From the NCBI GenBank assembly GCA_963771465.1, contig CAVYTU010000008.1, positions 286,469 to 350,468 on the forward strand: a stretch of DNA of 64,000 nt, written 5' to 3'. Source of the DNA: an uncultured delta proteobacterium (GTDB taxonomy: Bacteria; Desulfobacterota; Binatia; UBA9968). The notes below the pieces were generated by a model. It ran no database searches, was not told the origin of the DNA, and was given only the letters and a program-made list of their open reading frames with translations. Position numbers and translations under genes: made by a program. Of the stretch, positions 47,863 through 59,154 are shown piece by piece. Each line of letters begins with the position of its first letter. Position 1 is the first letter of the stretch.

Positions 47863-50022
47863 TCACCGAGTTACAGCCGTTTTAGCAGGCCGGGAGAGTT
47901 TTCGCTTGGCGCCAGTTTGTTTGCTGGAGAACCAGCGGCGGAAACCGACGACTCCCGCCAGCATAAAGAGCAAGATTCCTATCAGGATAATTAAGGTCGC
48001 CGCGCTCGGTGTCTCGATCATTTGCTCGATTTGATTTTCAAAAAACGTAATGGCCACCACTCCGGGGCTCATTCCCAGAAAGGTTCCGAGAACGAAATCC
48101 CGAAACGGCACATGGACCGCTCCCGCCGCTAGATTGACGACGGAATAGGGAGCGACGGGAATCATGCGAATCGCAGCGACCGCAAGAATGCCATGCTTGG
48201 AAATCAACTGGTTGACCCGGTTCAATCGTTTGCCGGCGAAACGCGCGACGGTTTTCCGCCCCAGCTGACGGCCGATTGAGTAAAGGAGCACCGCGCTCGC
48301 GATACAGCCGAGCAAAGAACAGACGATCGCCAGCCACGGGTTCAAAGCGTAAGCGCTCGCGACGATCAGCAGCGTGACTGGAAAACAGGTGATTCCGCCG
48401 AGCAGGAAAGCGCCGATAACCCACAAAGGGGCGGTATGGTTTTCTCGCAGTGATGTTCCCCACCCCGCGATAGTTTCGAAATCGAGCCAATGTGCCAAAC
48501 TGGTCCAGCGCCACGCCGCTGCAAGCGCAAGCATTACGACTAGGATCAGTACACCCCGAAGCAGAGCACCGCTGGCGGAGCCGCGCGCTTCGGATAAGAC
48601 GAATTCCTCGACGAGTTTCTCGGGAGCCAGGGAAACTTCGGGATCCACCACAGCCGATTCGGGAATCATCCGGTCCAGCAGATCCGGAACCGAGCAATCG
48701 ACCGGCTCCAGGGTGCGCGAGCCGTTTCCGCGCAACGACTCGATTGCGCCGGTCAATGAATTCGTTTGGGCCAGCGCCGCAGTGACCTTTGCGGCGGTCA
48801 CTCCGAGATGCTCCGCCAGGAGAGAATTTCGGAACTGAGCAATCGCTTGTTGAACCTCTTCCCTATTGTCCGCCTCCAAGGCCAGGTCACATTCCGTGTC
48901 GAAACCCATGGAACGATTACTCAGATTGGCCGAACCAATGCGCACGAGGCGATCGTCGATGACCATAAGCTTCGAATGAATCGACAAGAACTCCTGGCGC
49001 TGGTCGTCGATGACCGGACAAAAAATGCGCAATCGACGGTATCGGTCCGCCTGCAGCAATCGCTTGACCAGACGGCCGCGCAGCACGTCCATGGTAGCGC
49101 ACTCCAGCCAGCCTTGGCTGGTCCGCGAAATCACGACGACGATTTCCGGTCCCTCCGCGTCGCGCAAGCGCTTGACCAAAGCCTCGCCGATGGCCGCAGA
49201 GCTCAAATACTGATTCTCGATGTAGATCCAGCGCTGCGCCGCCGCGATGGCGTCGTGGAAAAGTGTTTCTATCTCTCGCGTCGCTTTGTTGCCGGCATAT
49301 TCAGGCTCGGTCCGGGCGATAGCAATATTAACGTTCGATATGTCCGGCGCCAGTGAAGCCGGCCATTGATCGGTCTGAGTCGAGGGCGGCCGCAGGCGGC
49401 GGCCGGTGGCGCGCCACCATCGGTTCCTCACCCAATCTCCCAAGGCTGCCGCGGCATCACCATCGACCGCGACCTGAACATCGTGATGCGGTGGGAGAAA
49501 AACTCCGTTGGAATCAACGCGCCTGGGATCCTGGGACCGATGATCCGCTGTGTCCCAGCGTCCTTTGGCCAAATCGAGTCCGCCGACGAACCCGATGGCA
49601 TCGTCGATGACGACGACTTTGGCATGATGAGAGGCTCCGACGGGATGATTCCCGTCCATGTGAAAGTGAACGCGCGAGTGCCGGCGCCAAGAGGGCCCGA
49701 AGAATGGCAGAGACTCGCGATCGAGCGCAAAGATCATCGCGAAATCCCATACGAGAATATGGATATGGAGATGGCGCTGCCGCGCCGCCAATGAGTTAAG
49801 GTAGCTGCCCAAGTTGGGGAAAGGAGTTCGTTGATCGGCTGCGAATTTCAGCTGAATGCGACTATCGAAGTCCCATCCCAGGATGAGTATCGATTCGCGC
49901 GCTTGAGCGAAGGCATCGGCGAGCGTCGAGAAGTAAGCCGCGCCATCGATAAAGAATTTCACCCGCGACGCGTTGGCAATTTTCCAACAGTTGCGGCCCT
50001 CGCGCAAAATGTGGTCCGACAT
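47863..50022 (-). CDS. Phospholipase D family protein fused to a DedA/VTT membrane domain
   Basis: Two HKD motifs (HAKVVVID, HSKLMVID), GSANL; C-terminal RMIPVAPY...FVLGTFLGMSPG. Confidence 0.9.
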   Translation of the reverse strand: MSDHILREGRNCWKIANASRVKFFIDGAAYFSTLADAFAQARESILILGWDFDSRIQLKFAADQRTPFPNLGSYLNSLAARQRHLHIHILVWDFAMIFALDRESLPFFGPSWRRHSRVHFHMDGNHPVGASHHAKVVVIDDAIGFVGGLDLAKGRWDTADHRSQDPRRVDSNGVFLPPHHDVQVAVDGDAAAALGDWVRNRWWRATGRRLRPPSTQTDQWPASLAPDISNVNIAIARTEPEYAGNKATREIETLFHDAIAAAQRWIYIENQYLSSAAIGEALVKRLRDAEGPEIVVVISRTSQGWLECATMDVLRGRLVKRLLQADRYRRLRIFCPVIDDQRQEFLSIHSKLMVIDDRLVRIGSANLSNRSMGFDTECDLALEADNREEVQQAIAQFRNSLLAEHLGVTAAKVTAALAQTNSLTGAIESLRGNGSRTLEPVDCSVPDLLDRMIPESAVVDPEVSLAPEKLVEEFVLSEARGSASGALLRGVLILVVMLALAAAWRWTSLAHWLDFETIAGWGTSLRENHTAPLWVIGAFLLGGITCFPVTLLIVASAYALNPWLAIVCSLLGCIASAVLLYSIGRQLGRKTVARFAGKRLNRVNQLISKHGILAVAAIRMIPVAPYSVVNLAAGAVHVPFRDFVLGTFLGMSPGVVAITFFENQIEQMIETPSAATLIILIGILLFMLAGVVGFRRWFSSKQTGAKRKLSRPAKTAVTR

Positions 50023-50321
50023 GCAATTTAAATTCTAACAAAGTGAACTCAAAGTACCATACTGCTCGACCAATTTCCGATATCAGGATCGTCATCGGCG
50101 GGTCCATGTCCTGCTAGTCCGCCTCTTGCGGTGCGCCGGCGCTGAATGGATCGATTCGAACCGCGCGCTGGCGCTCTACGCCGACTGGCGCGCTAGTTTA
50201 TGGACGGCACCGTCTACGTTGCGCTAGCCGCCGCTGAATAATTTCAAGTTAATCGCTTGACACAAACATGCCCCCGTGGTGACTTACGCCACGAGGGCAT
50301 TTCTGTGCGGAGGAGATTGTC

Positions 50322-51639
50322 ATGAAGAGCAGGATTTTGTTGCTTGCAAGCGCGATTCTCGTTGGATTTCTAAGCAGTGCTGTGGCGCGCGATGTGGTCA
50401 TCGTCACGTCCTTTCCCAAAGAACTGTTTGAGACCTACAAGAAGACTTTCGAAGCGAAGCATCCCGGCACCACGGTCGTTATCAACAGCAAGCAAACCAA
50501 CGCCGGCGTCACTTACCTGCGCGAGACCAAGGCCAGACCGGAAGCGGATATCTTTTGGGTCAGCGCGCCGGATGCATTTCAGACGTTAGATTCCGACGGT
50601 TTGCTGGAGAAATACGCGCCGCCGAAAGAGATCATGGCGAAGATTCCCGCCAAGATCGGCAGTTTTCCGATCCACGATCCCGATGGCAAGTATTTCGGCT
50701 TTGCCATCAGCGGCTACGGCTTGATGTGGAATAAGAATTATTTGAAAGCGCACAAGCTGCCGGCGCCGAAAGAATGGACCGATCTGACCAACCCGCGTTA
50801 CTATAATCACTTGATCATCAGCGCGCCGTCGCGCAGCGGCACGACTCATCTAACTATCGAAACGATTCTTCAAGCGTACGGCTGGGACAAAGGCTGGGCA
50901 TTGTTGCTCAATGCCGGCGGTAACATGGGTAGCATTACCGAGCGGAGTTTTGGCGTACCGGAAGCGGTCATCAGCGGCCAATATGGCATCGGCGTGGTCA
51001 TCGACTTTTTCGGTTTGTCGGCGATCGCCAGTGGCCAGCCTGTCGAGTTCGCTTACCCATCGCTCACTTCCGTTGTTCCCGCCAGCGTGGGTATCGTCAA
51101 AGGCGGCCCCAATCCACAGGAAGCCAGAGCGTTCGTCAACTATCTCCTCAGTGAAGCCGGCCAGACGGTGCTATTCGCGCCGGAGATCGCGCGCTTGCCG
51201 GTGATTCCCGAAATGTATGCCAAGGCGCCGAAAGATTATCCCAATCCGTTCAAGAAAAAACTCGGTGGCGTGGAGTTCAACGACGAGCTGTCGTCAAGCC
51301 GGCGCGACGTCGTCAACTCGCTCTACGACCACATCATTACGTTCCGCCATAAAGAATTGCGCGAAGCCTGGAAAAGCATCTACAGCGCCGAGGAAGCGCT
51401 CGCCAAAAGCAAATCCGCTAGCGCCAGCCAAGGCAAAAGCCTGATCGCCGACGCGCGCAAACTGGCGACCCAGATCGCCATTAACGACAAGCGCGCGAGC
51501 GACAAAGAAGTAACCGGCGCTTTTAAATCCAAATCAGGTCTCAAAGCGCAGCTCGAAACCGAGTGGGAAAATTTCGCCACCGGCAACTACGCGCAAGGCT
51601 AAAGCGCTAGCCGAAAAAGCTGCGGCCATGGCGAAGTAA
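50322..51639 (+). CDS. ABC substrate-binding protein (AfuA/FbpA/PgtC-like); frameshift near 51598
   Basis: Signal peptide; PEADIFW, PKEWTDL, PSRSGTTH, ARAFVNYLLS; last helix KALAEKAAAMAK* is in the shifted frame. Confidence 0.85.
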
Positions 51640-51771
51640 ACGCGGCGCCAAGAAATCACGCCTTCAACGCGGCGGATTTTGCGCTAGGCTCTGCACTCCC
51701 GTTATGGCACTCGCATCACCGGCGACGCTACGCTACCACGAGCCCGTATCGATTGGTGGCAAGGCGGCCTC

Positions 51772-53410
51772 ATGGCGGTTCTGCTCGCCATCCTGACCGC
51801 CTTCATCCTCTACCCGGTCCTCAGTGTGTTGTGGATTTCGCTGTCGGACGATGGCAGCAACCTAACCCTCATCCATTTCGCCAATTTCTTTCGCCGTCCG
51901 CTGTTTCGCGAAGCGCTGTGGAACACGCTCTGGAGCGGCGCGTTGGTCGTCTTGTTCAGCGCCGTCCTGGCATTGCCGCTCGCTTACGTGCTGGCGCGCT
52001 ACGAATTCCGCGGCAAGCTGCTTTTACAAACCGCGGCGACGCTGCCGCTCGTCATTCCGCCTTTCGTCGGCGCGGTGGCGTTGCAATTGATTCTCGGCCG
52101 CAGCGGCATGGTGAATTTACTGCTGATGGACTGGTTCGAAATATCGATCCCGTTCATGGAAGGACTCGCCGGCGTGGTGTTGGTGCAAACGCTGCATTTC
52201 TTTCCCTTCATCCTGCTCAATACCGTGGTGTCGCTAGCGAACATCGATTCATCGCTGGAAGAGGCGGCAAAAAATTTGGGCTGCCACGGCTTTCGATTAT
52301 TCCGCCGTGTGACTTTGCCATTGATGCTGCCCGGTTTTATCGCCGGCTCGTTGCTAACTTTCATCCGCGCCATCGACGATCTCGGCACGCCGCTCATGCT
52401 CAACTACAAAAATCTTCTGGCGCCCCAGGCTTACTTGCGGATTACCACAATCGGTATGGACGATGTCGATGGCTATGTGGTTTGCGTCGTCTTGGTCGTG
52501 CTCTCGCTGGCGTCGCTGCTGGCGGCGCGGAAATATCTGAGTCTCGCCGAATACGCGAGCCTGCAGCGCGCCGCACCGGTCACCGGCACGCTGCATGGAT
52601 CGACGCTGGCGATCGTCTGGCTGGTCATCGCATTGATCTTAGCCGTTAGTCTGCTGCCGCATATCGGCATCGCGCTGCTGTCGTTCAGTAAAATCTGGAG
52701 CTTCACACTGTTGCCGACGACTTATACGCTGGGGAATTATGATGGAGATACTCTTTCGCGTGCCCCATTTCGTGATCAATACGCTCGTCTATACGCTCTT
52801 AGCCGCGGCGCTCGATATTGTCCTCGGCGCGACCATCGCTTTCCTGCTGCTCCGAAGTCGCGTGCCTGGGAAGAACCTGCTCGATGCCGTCGCCACCCTG
52901 CCGCTGGCAATCCCCGGCGTCGTCCTCGCGGTCGGCTATCTGCGCGTGTTTCACGGCTGGGACTTCCCCGGACTTGGCGCGCCGTTAACTTCCTCTTGGT
53001 TGATCCTTGTGGTCGCCTACAGCATGCGCCGGCTACCGTACACCGTGCGCGCCAGTTACGCCGCGCTGCAGCAAGTTCACGTCAGTCTCGAAGAGTCGGC
53101 GCAGAATCTTGGCGCCAATCGCCTGCGCACGTTCATACGCATCACGTTGCCGATGATTGGCAGCGGGCTGGTCGCCGGCGGGCTGATCGCGTTCATCACG
53201 TCCTGCGTCGAGCTCGCCTCGACGATCATGCTGGTACCGCGCATCGAACTCGGGCCGATCGCTTACGGCATTTATCTTTATATGCAGAGCCCGCTCGGTC
53301 GGGGCGCCGGCGCGGCCCTCGGCGTCGTCGCCATCCTGCTGGTTTCGCTCGGAACTTATCTGACCCATCGAATCTTCGGCGCGCGCGCCGGCAGCGCGTT
53401 CAGAGTGTAG
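51772..53410 (+). CDS. ABC permease (FbpB-type, two TM domains); frameshift near 52741
   Basis: EAA loops SLEEAAKNLG and SLEESAQNLGA; second half is ORF 52739-53410; true start may be ATG 51704 with a further shift. Confidence 0.87.
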
Positions 53411-53412
53411 CC

Positions 53413-54516
53413 ATGCAAGCCGGCGAGGTTGAGTTAGAAAAAATCGGTAAACGCTACGGCGAACAGTGGGTCGTGCGCAACATCGATCTGCACATTCAGC
53501 GCGGTGAGTTTTTTACCTTTCTCGGACCCAGCGGCTGCGGCAAAACCACTTTGCTGCGCATGATCGCCGGCTTCGTCGAACCCGACGCCGGGCTCGTGCG
53601 GCTCGACGGCCAAGTGGTCAATCAGGTGCCGCCGTGGCGGCGCGATATCGGCATGGTATTTCAGAGCTATGCGCTCTGGCCGCACCTGACCGTGTTTGAA
53701 AACGTCGCTTTCGGCCTGCGCGAGCGAAAAGTGGCGCGCGCGGAAATCAACCAGCGCGTGACGGACGCACTCAAGCAGGTGGAGCTGCAAGGCACTGACG
53801 CGCGCCGGCCGTCACAGCTCTCCGGCGGCCAGCAACAACGCGTCGCGTTAGCGCGCACGCTGGTGATCCAACCGCGCGTGCTTTTGCTCGATGAGCCGCT
53901 GAGCAATCTCGACGCGAGATTGCGCATCGAGATGCGTCTTGAGCTGTTGAAATTGCAGCGCGATCTGGGTCTCACGACGATTTACGTCACCCACGATCAA
54001 GAGGAAGCCTTGGCCATGTCGACCCAGATCGCCGTAATCGACCGCGGCCGGGTCATCCAGCAGGGCAAGCCGCGGGAAATTTACGAAACCCCAGCCGACG
54101 ATTTTGTCGCCGCCTTTATCGGCCAGTCGAATTTGCTGCCGGCACGGATCGATCGAGTACTGAGCGAATCGGTTGTCGTTACGGTTGAAGGCGGTATGGA
54201 ATTAACGCTCGGATTACCAATGCCAGTTAAAACCATCGCATCCGGCGATGCCGTAATGTTAAGCGTTCGCCCCGAGGCCATCGAACTCATTGATACGAGC
54301 GTGCAATCTGACCGTAAATCCCGAATCGAAGGAACGATCGCCGCTTCCGCCTATCAAGGCGCCTTTGTCGAATATGAAATCGCTGCGTTAGGAAAGAGTT
54401 TGAAAGCGCGTGTCGCCAGCCCGAGAGGAAAACCCCTGTTTGAGAGAGGTGATGAAATTGCGTTTAGTTTTGCCGCCGCGGACGTGACGTTGATAGCGGC
54501 ACAGCAGAAAAGTTAA
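53413..54516 (+). CDS. ABC ATP-binding protein (FbpC/PotA type, TOBE domain)
   Basis: GPSGCGKT, LSGGQQQR, LLDEPLSNLD, VTHDQEEA. Confidence 0.93.
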   Translation: MQAGEVELEKIGKRYGEQWVVRNIDLHIQRGEFFTFLGPSGCGKTTLLRMIAGFVEPDAGLVRLDGQVVNQVPPWRRDIGMVFQSYALWPHLTVFENVAFGLRERKVARAEINQRVTDALKQVELQGTDARRPSQLSGGQQQRVALARTLVIQPRVLLLDEPLSNLDARLRIEMRLELLKLQRDLGLTTIYVTHDQEEALAMSTQIAVIDRGRVIQQGKPREIYETPADDFVAAFIGQSNLLPARIDRVLSESVVVTVEGGMELTLGLPMPVKTIASGDAVMLSVRPEAIELIDTSVQSDRKSRIEGTIAASAYQGAFVEYEIAALGKSLKARVASPRGKPLFERGDEIAFSFAAADVTLIAAQQKS

Positions 54517-54603
54517 CGAGTGAAACGATTCGGCGACGACTCGATGAAAATCGCCGGCACTGCGAATTGTTCAGGCGGGACGGCCAGGAGATGACGGCGA
54601 ACC

Positions 54604-55725
54604 TCAGGCGTAATTACGCTGCTCGAACGCTGCCGGCGCGGTAGTGGCTGCCTGAGCTGGGAAGCTCATTAGCACGCGCGTGCCGACGTTCGGCGTGCTG
54701 GTGATTTCCAATTTGCCACCGATGATTTCGGCCATGCGCCGCGCCACCGTGAGGCCGAGACCGAGACCGGAAAAAGATCTGACCGAGGAGTTATCCGCCT
54801 GATGAAACGGTTCGAAAATCGAATCGATCTTATTCTCCTCGATGCCGGTGCCGGTGTCGACGACTTCAAATACCACGCTGCGGCGGTCCGATGACGGCTG
54901 CACGCGCACGGTCACGCTGCCCTCGCGGGTGAATTTAACCGCGTTATTGAACACGTTCTGAAACACCCGCTCGACCTTGGATCGGTCGCTGACGATGGCC
55001 ACGCCGCTGTCGGCGATTTCGACATTGACCGTCAATCCTTTCTCGCGAATGCCCTTGTCATAGCGCTTGACGGTTTCATTGACGATGTCGTGGGCGTTGA
55101 ATTGCTCGATCGTCGCGCTGCTATCGCCGACGTTGAGCGAGGTCATCCACAGGACGTTATCGATCAGTTCGAGCAGCTCCTCGGAATTGCGATACACGGT
55201 CTCGAGAATCTTTTGCTGCTCCTCGCTCAATTTACCGATCACTTGGTTGAGTAGTAAGTAAACGAATCCGACGACGACGCTTAACGGAGTTCTGAGTTCG
55301 TGGGATACGTTCGACAAGAAATCCGATTTCACCTGGCGCAGCCGCGCTTTGGCGTTGCGCCGTTCAAGCCCACGCCGCACCAACGACAAGATATGATTCA
55401 CATCGAACGGCTTGGAAATGTAATCGAAAGCGCCGAGGCGAAGCCCCTCGATGGCGGTGTCCAGCGACCCGTAGCCGGTAATGATGATCGCTTCGATATC
55501 GGGATCATGTTCTTTTACCTTTTCCAAAACGTTGATTCCCGTGAGACCGGGCATCTTGAGGTCCACCGTCACTAGATCGACAGGAATTTCTTTAAGCATC
55601 TCGATGGCTTGAGCGCCCCGGTCGGCCACGTGTACGGTGTAATAGGGATTGAGAATCATTTTGAGTGATTCGCGCGGACCCATTTCATCGTCGACAATCA
55701 GGATATGGGGTTTGCTGGTTTCCAT
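54604..55725 (-). CDS. Hybrid response regulator/histidine kinase (REC-HisKA-HATPase)
   Basis: ILIVDDE, VTVDLKMP, SHELRTPL, NAVKFT, DTGTGI, GLGLGL. Confidence 0.92.
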   Translation of the reverse strand: METSKPHILIVDDEMGPRESLKMILNPYYTVHVADRGAQAIEMLKEIPVDLVTVDLKMPGLTGINVLEKVKEHDPDIEAIIITGYGSLDTAIEGLRLGAFDYISKPFDVNHILSLVRRGLERRNAKARLRQVKSDFLSNVSHELRTPLSVVVGFVYLLLNQVIGKLSEEQQKILETVYRNSEELLELIDNVLWMTSLNVGDSSATIEQFNAHDIVNETVKRYDKGIREKGLTVNVEIADSGVAIVSDRSKVERVFQNVFNNAVKFTREGSVTVRVQPSSDRRSVVFEVVDTGTGIEENKIDSIFEPFHQADNSSVRSFSGLGLGLTVARRMAEIIGGKLEITSTPNVGTRVLMSFPAQAATTAPAAFEQRNYA

Positions 55726-55738
55726 ATCGGCTGGAATC

Positions 55739-55754
55739 AGCAAGCTATATGCCA
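55739..55754 (-). promoter_or_regulatory. Sigma54 (-24/-12) promoter candidate
   Basis: Minus strand TGGCATATAGCTTGCT (GG-N10-GC), about 14 nt before ATG 55725. Confidence 0.65.
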
Positions 55755-55844
55755 CGGGAGAACTGCTGACAACCAGCCGAATTTAAAGAATATTCAGCAA
55801 TGGAAGGGGACAACCGGAAGCTTTAGAGGAACAAAATTGTCCAA

Positions 55845-57251
55845 TTATGGCGATAATTTAGCTTCGTCATCGACATCGTTGGGATCGTGGATGTTAAGCT
55901 TTTCGATGCGGTACTTCAAGATTCTGCGGCTCGTACCCAACAGCGATGCGGCCTTGGTTTGATTGAAGCCGGTGCGTTGCAGCGCTTTGACGATCAGGTC
56001 GCGCTCGAACTCATCGACGGCATCGCTGAGCGGGCGCGAGCCGCTCAAGACGTCTTCTTTAAGCGTCGCGGTTTGATCGGTGGAACGCATGCCGACGGGC
56101 AGGTCGCGCAGCATGATGGTTTCATGCGGCGTCAAGATCGTCACCCGCTCGATTAGGTTTTCCAGTTCACGAATGTTACCCGGCCAGGGATACATGGTGA
56201 AGAAATCGATCACTTCCGGTGACAGACTTTTGGTCGCGATCGAATGCTCCTGCGCCTTGAGGCGCAAAAAATGATCGAGCAAGAGCGCAATGTCCTCACG
56301 CCTTTCTCGCAGCGGTGGCAATAACAGCGAGACCACGTTGAGCCGATAAAACAGATCCGGGCGAAACTCCGCGTTCTTCGCCAGTTGCTCAAGATCGCGG
56401 TTGCTCGCCGCGATGACGCGCACATCAACCTTGATTTCGTCGGTACCGCCCAAACGGCTAAAGGTTTCCTGCTCGATGGCGCGCAAGAATTTTGCCTGAG
56501 TACCGAGATTGAGCTCGCCGATCTCATCAAGAAACAGGGTGCCGCCATGGGCGAGCTCGAAGCGGCCGAGCTTTTTCTGCGATGCATTGGTAAAAGCGCC
56601 GCGCTCATATCCGAACAGCTCGCTTTCGATCAAAGTGTCCGGCAACGCCGCGCAGTTGACCACCACGAAGGGCTTGGAGCGCCGATCGCTATTGTAGTGA
56701 AGCGCGCGGGCGATGAGTTCCTTGCCGGTGCCGCTCTCGCCTGTGATTAACACGGTGCTCTTCTTGGCCGCCACCATGCTCACGGCTTTAAAGACATCGA
56801 CAATTTGTTTTGACTTGCCGATGACGTGATCAATGCCGTATTTGCGCCCGACTTCTTCTTTGAGCCGCTCCAACTCGCGCGACAGTTGAATTTTTTCCAG
56901 CGCATGCTCGACGCGCAGCCTGAGTTCTTCGACGTCAAACGGCTTGGTTACGTAATCAAACGCACCCGTTCCCTTGGCCGCAAACGCAGTGCGCGCTGTG
57001 TTGAGTCCGGTGAGCATAATCACCTGACAATCGGGATGGATCGATTTGATCTGCCGGAGCACCGCCAGACCGTCGGAGCCCGGCATCATGATGTCTAATA
57101 AAACGACATCGGGTTTCTCATCCGTTAGCTTTTGAATTGCCTCGTCGGCGGACGGCGCTTCAATCACCCGATAGATCTTGCCGAATACCATCTGCAGCGA
57201 CTGCCGCACCCCGGCCTCATCGTCGACCACCATCATCAACGGCTGATTCAT
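55845..57251 (-). CDS. Sigma54-dependent response regulator (NtrC family)
   Basis: [48 protein letters not shown]. Confidence 0.95.
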   Translation of the reverse strand: MNQPLMMVVDDEAGVRQSLQMVFGKIYRVIEAPSADEAIQKLTDEKPDVVLLDIMMPGSDGLAVLRQIKSIHPDCQVIMLTGLNTARTAFAAKGTGAFDYVTKPFDVEELRLRVEHALEKIQLSRELERLKEEVGRKYGIDHVIGKSKQIVDVFKAVSMVAAKKSTVLITGESGTGKELIARALHYNSDRRSKPFVVVNCAALPDTLIESELFGYERGAFTNASQKKLGRFELAHGGTLFLDEIGELNLGTQAKFLRAIEQETFSRLGGTDEIKVDVRVIAASNRDLEQLAKNAEFRPDLFYRLNVVSLLLPPLRERREDIALLLDHFLRLKAQEHSIATKSLSPEVIDFFTMYPWPGNIRELENLIERVTILTPHETIMLRDLPVGMRSTDQTATLKEDVLSGSRPLSDAVDEFERDLIVKALQRTGFNQTKAASLLGTSRRILKYRIEKLNIHDPNDVDDEAKLSP

Positions 57252-57252
57252 A

Positions 57253-59154
57253 TCAAGTTTCTTTTCCGTGCTCTCCAATCGGAAACTCCAATCTCAAAAG
57301 ATCTTTATCTGGGTCGGAATGATTGATGGCGAGACTGCCGCCGTTTCTCTCGACCAGCTGCTTCGCCAATAAGATTCGTAACGGTAGTATCCCCGCGTTG
57401 GGCTCGCCCGAAGCACCGCCGAGATAGTGAGTAATCGATGCCACACGAGCGCCCTCTCGGAGATAGACAACGGTCACGGCTCCTGCTCGGACAGTGTCGA
57501 TCTCGATCTCACTGCCCATTTTCACCTGGGACAGCGCCGCCAGGAGAAGGTTTTTTAATATGTAACCGAGCTGCGACTCGTCGGCGCTTATTTCGTGGCC
57601 CACACCATCGCCCTTCCACACAAAACGGGACTGCCGTTTGACAGCTTCTTGATGCAGATCATTGGCCGCGATGCGGAGTTTCTCTGCAAGGGATACTTTC
57701 GTGGGTTTGGGCCGCGAGAAATCGGCGAACTCGATCATCGCTTCCAAGAGATCGTCCATACGCTCGATATCGCCGCCGACGATTTCCTGAAAACGGGCGC
57801 GAAAATTCTCGTCCTCATAACGGTCGCCGAGCAGTTGCGCGAAGGTCTTGATCGTCACCATGGGATTCTTAAGCTCATGCGCGAGCTCATGAATCACTAA
57901 ACTCAAATCCACTGTTTGTCCGTGCCCGTTGGCCGACCCAGTACCAGCGAGGGTGCCGGTATAGACCTGAAGTCTGGGCTGGTCGGATGACGGATCCATG
58001 GCCATGTCGGGTTGAATCTCAGGGGAAAAAGGCCCAAGTGCCGCGCCGCGATCTTCGCCTCGGAAATCAAAAACCAAATCGCCGGCATCGATACGCCCGC
58101 CGCCGCTCACCGCCAGGGTCCGAGCGATCACCGTTTCCATTTCTTTGAGGTTACCAAACCAAAGATAATTCATCAGCTGACTGAGCGCTTGCGGTGAAAA
58201 TTCCGCTGCGCTCGCGGCCAGCATCACAGCATAACGACGCGCAAACCAGTTGGCGAGTGCCGGAATATCCTCACAGCGCTCGCGCAACGGTAATAATTTA
58301 AGCGTCAACGTCGCGAGTTTATAATAAAGCGCTTCGAGAAACTCGCCGCGATAGACGCGCTCTAACAATTCACCGCTCGCAGTCGTCAGATAGCGTAGCG
58401 GCGCGACTTGTTCTTCCTGTTCATCCAAAAAATCCAGCAGTAACGACTGCGTTGCCGGTGAGCTCTTTTCAAGATTCTCGATGAGCAGTGTCGTCGCCGT
58501 GGCATCGATGATTCGCTTTGTCGAAATCTCAACGCGCTTTTGCGCCAAATAACCGACGCTCACATCGGCGGCACTCATCAATATTGTTACGCCAGGATTC
58601 GGTTGTGTCGCGCGCATTCCGCGCGCCACTCGGTCTTGTCCGCAGCCCAGTTCGCCGAAAATTAGGATCGGCAAACGCACCGCCGCAAAACGTTCCACCA
58701 AACTGGCCGTGCTTCGGCTGACGTAAGGGTAGGCAACGTAGCGCTTGAGTTCATCCGGCTTCTCATCGTGATCGAATACGCGCAGCCGCGTTGATCCCGC
58801 GTGCCGCGCCAGTAACTCACCAACCCGCTCATGCAATTCATAGGGATTAAATGGCTTTGTCAGGCATGCTAGATGACCGTGTTCGGTGATTGCGCGGGCG
58901 GTTGTTTTGGTCTCGACCAAGAAGAGCACAGCAAATGGCAGTTGCGCGGCGAACCGCACAAGATGGCTCGCTTCGGCGCCAAGCTGTGGCGCAACACCAA
59001 AGATCAACAAATCGATCGGTTCGCTGGAAGCTTCAACGAACGGCAACTCACCAATCCTGAGGGATCTTTTTGAGACGCTGAATTCACGTCCCAGGATCAG
59101 CGCAAGCGTCTCCCGGATAACTTCCGATTCATCAATGACTAAGATTCGCTTCAT
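57253..59154 (-). CDS. Fusion of pseudo-receiver, degenerate sigma54-activator AAA+ domain, HisKA/DHp and degenerate HATPase
   Basis: KRILVID/LTKPF; GELGCGQD, PLRERCEDIP, WFGNLKEME; LAHELKNPM; N-box remnant ILKNLL without a DxGxG box. Confidence 0.8.
   Translation of the reverse strand: MKRILVIDESEVIRETLALILGREFSVSKRSLRIGELPFVEASSEPIDLLIFGVAPQLGAEASHLVRFAAQLPFAVLFLVETKTTARAITEHGHLACLTKPFNPYELHERVGELLARHAGSTRLRVFDHDEKPDELKRYVAYPYVSRSTASLVERFAAVRLPILIFGELGCGQDRVARGMRATQPNPGVTILMSAADVSVGYLAQKRVEISTKRIIDATATTLLIENLEKSSPATQSLLLDFLDEQEEQVAPLRYLTTASGELLERVYRGEFLEALYYKLATLTLKLLPLRERCEDIPALANWFARRYAVMLAASAAEFSPQALSQLMNYLWFGNLKEMETVIARTLAVSGGGRIDAGDLVFDFRGEDRGAALGPFSPEIQPDMAMDPSSDQPRLQVYTGTLAGTGSANGHGQTVDLSLVIHELAHELKNPMVTIKTFAQLLGDRYEDENFRARFQEIVGGDIERMDDLLEAMIEFADFSRPKPTKVSLAEKLRIAANDLHQEAVKRQSRFVWKGDGVGHEISADESQLGYILKNLLLAALSQVKMGSEIEIDTVRAGAVTVVYLREGARVASITHYLGGASGEPNAGILPLRILLAKQLVERNGGSLAINHSDPDKDLLRLEFPIGEHGKET

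Noticed and set aside
47100-50022. PLD-DedA fusion plus EEP hydrolase as a novel system
   Set aside because: A familiar pairing reminiscent of ybhP-clsB lipid metabolism loci, with canonical motifs.
971-54516. Many frameshifted genes (SDR ~1270, ADH ~5630, dndB ~15895, yddA-like, cheR start ~46390, SBP ~51598, permease ~52741) as programmed frameshifting or mass pseudogenisation
   Set aside because: These are single-base indels scattered over unrelated, otherwise intact genes with no shared slippery motif, best explained by sequencing or assembly error. Read polishing would confirm.
51772-54516. 914-aa permease-ATPase fusion in the ORF track
   Set aside because: Artefact of the frameshift near 52741. 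The middle of the ORF is off-frame, the real permease ends at 53410 and the ATPase has its own ATG at 53413.
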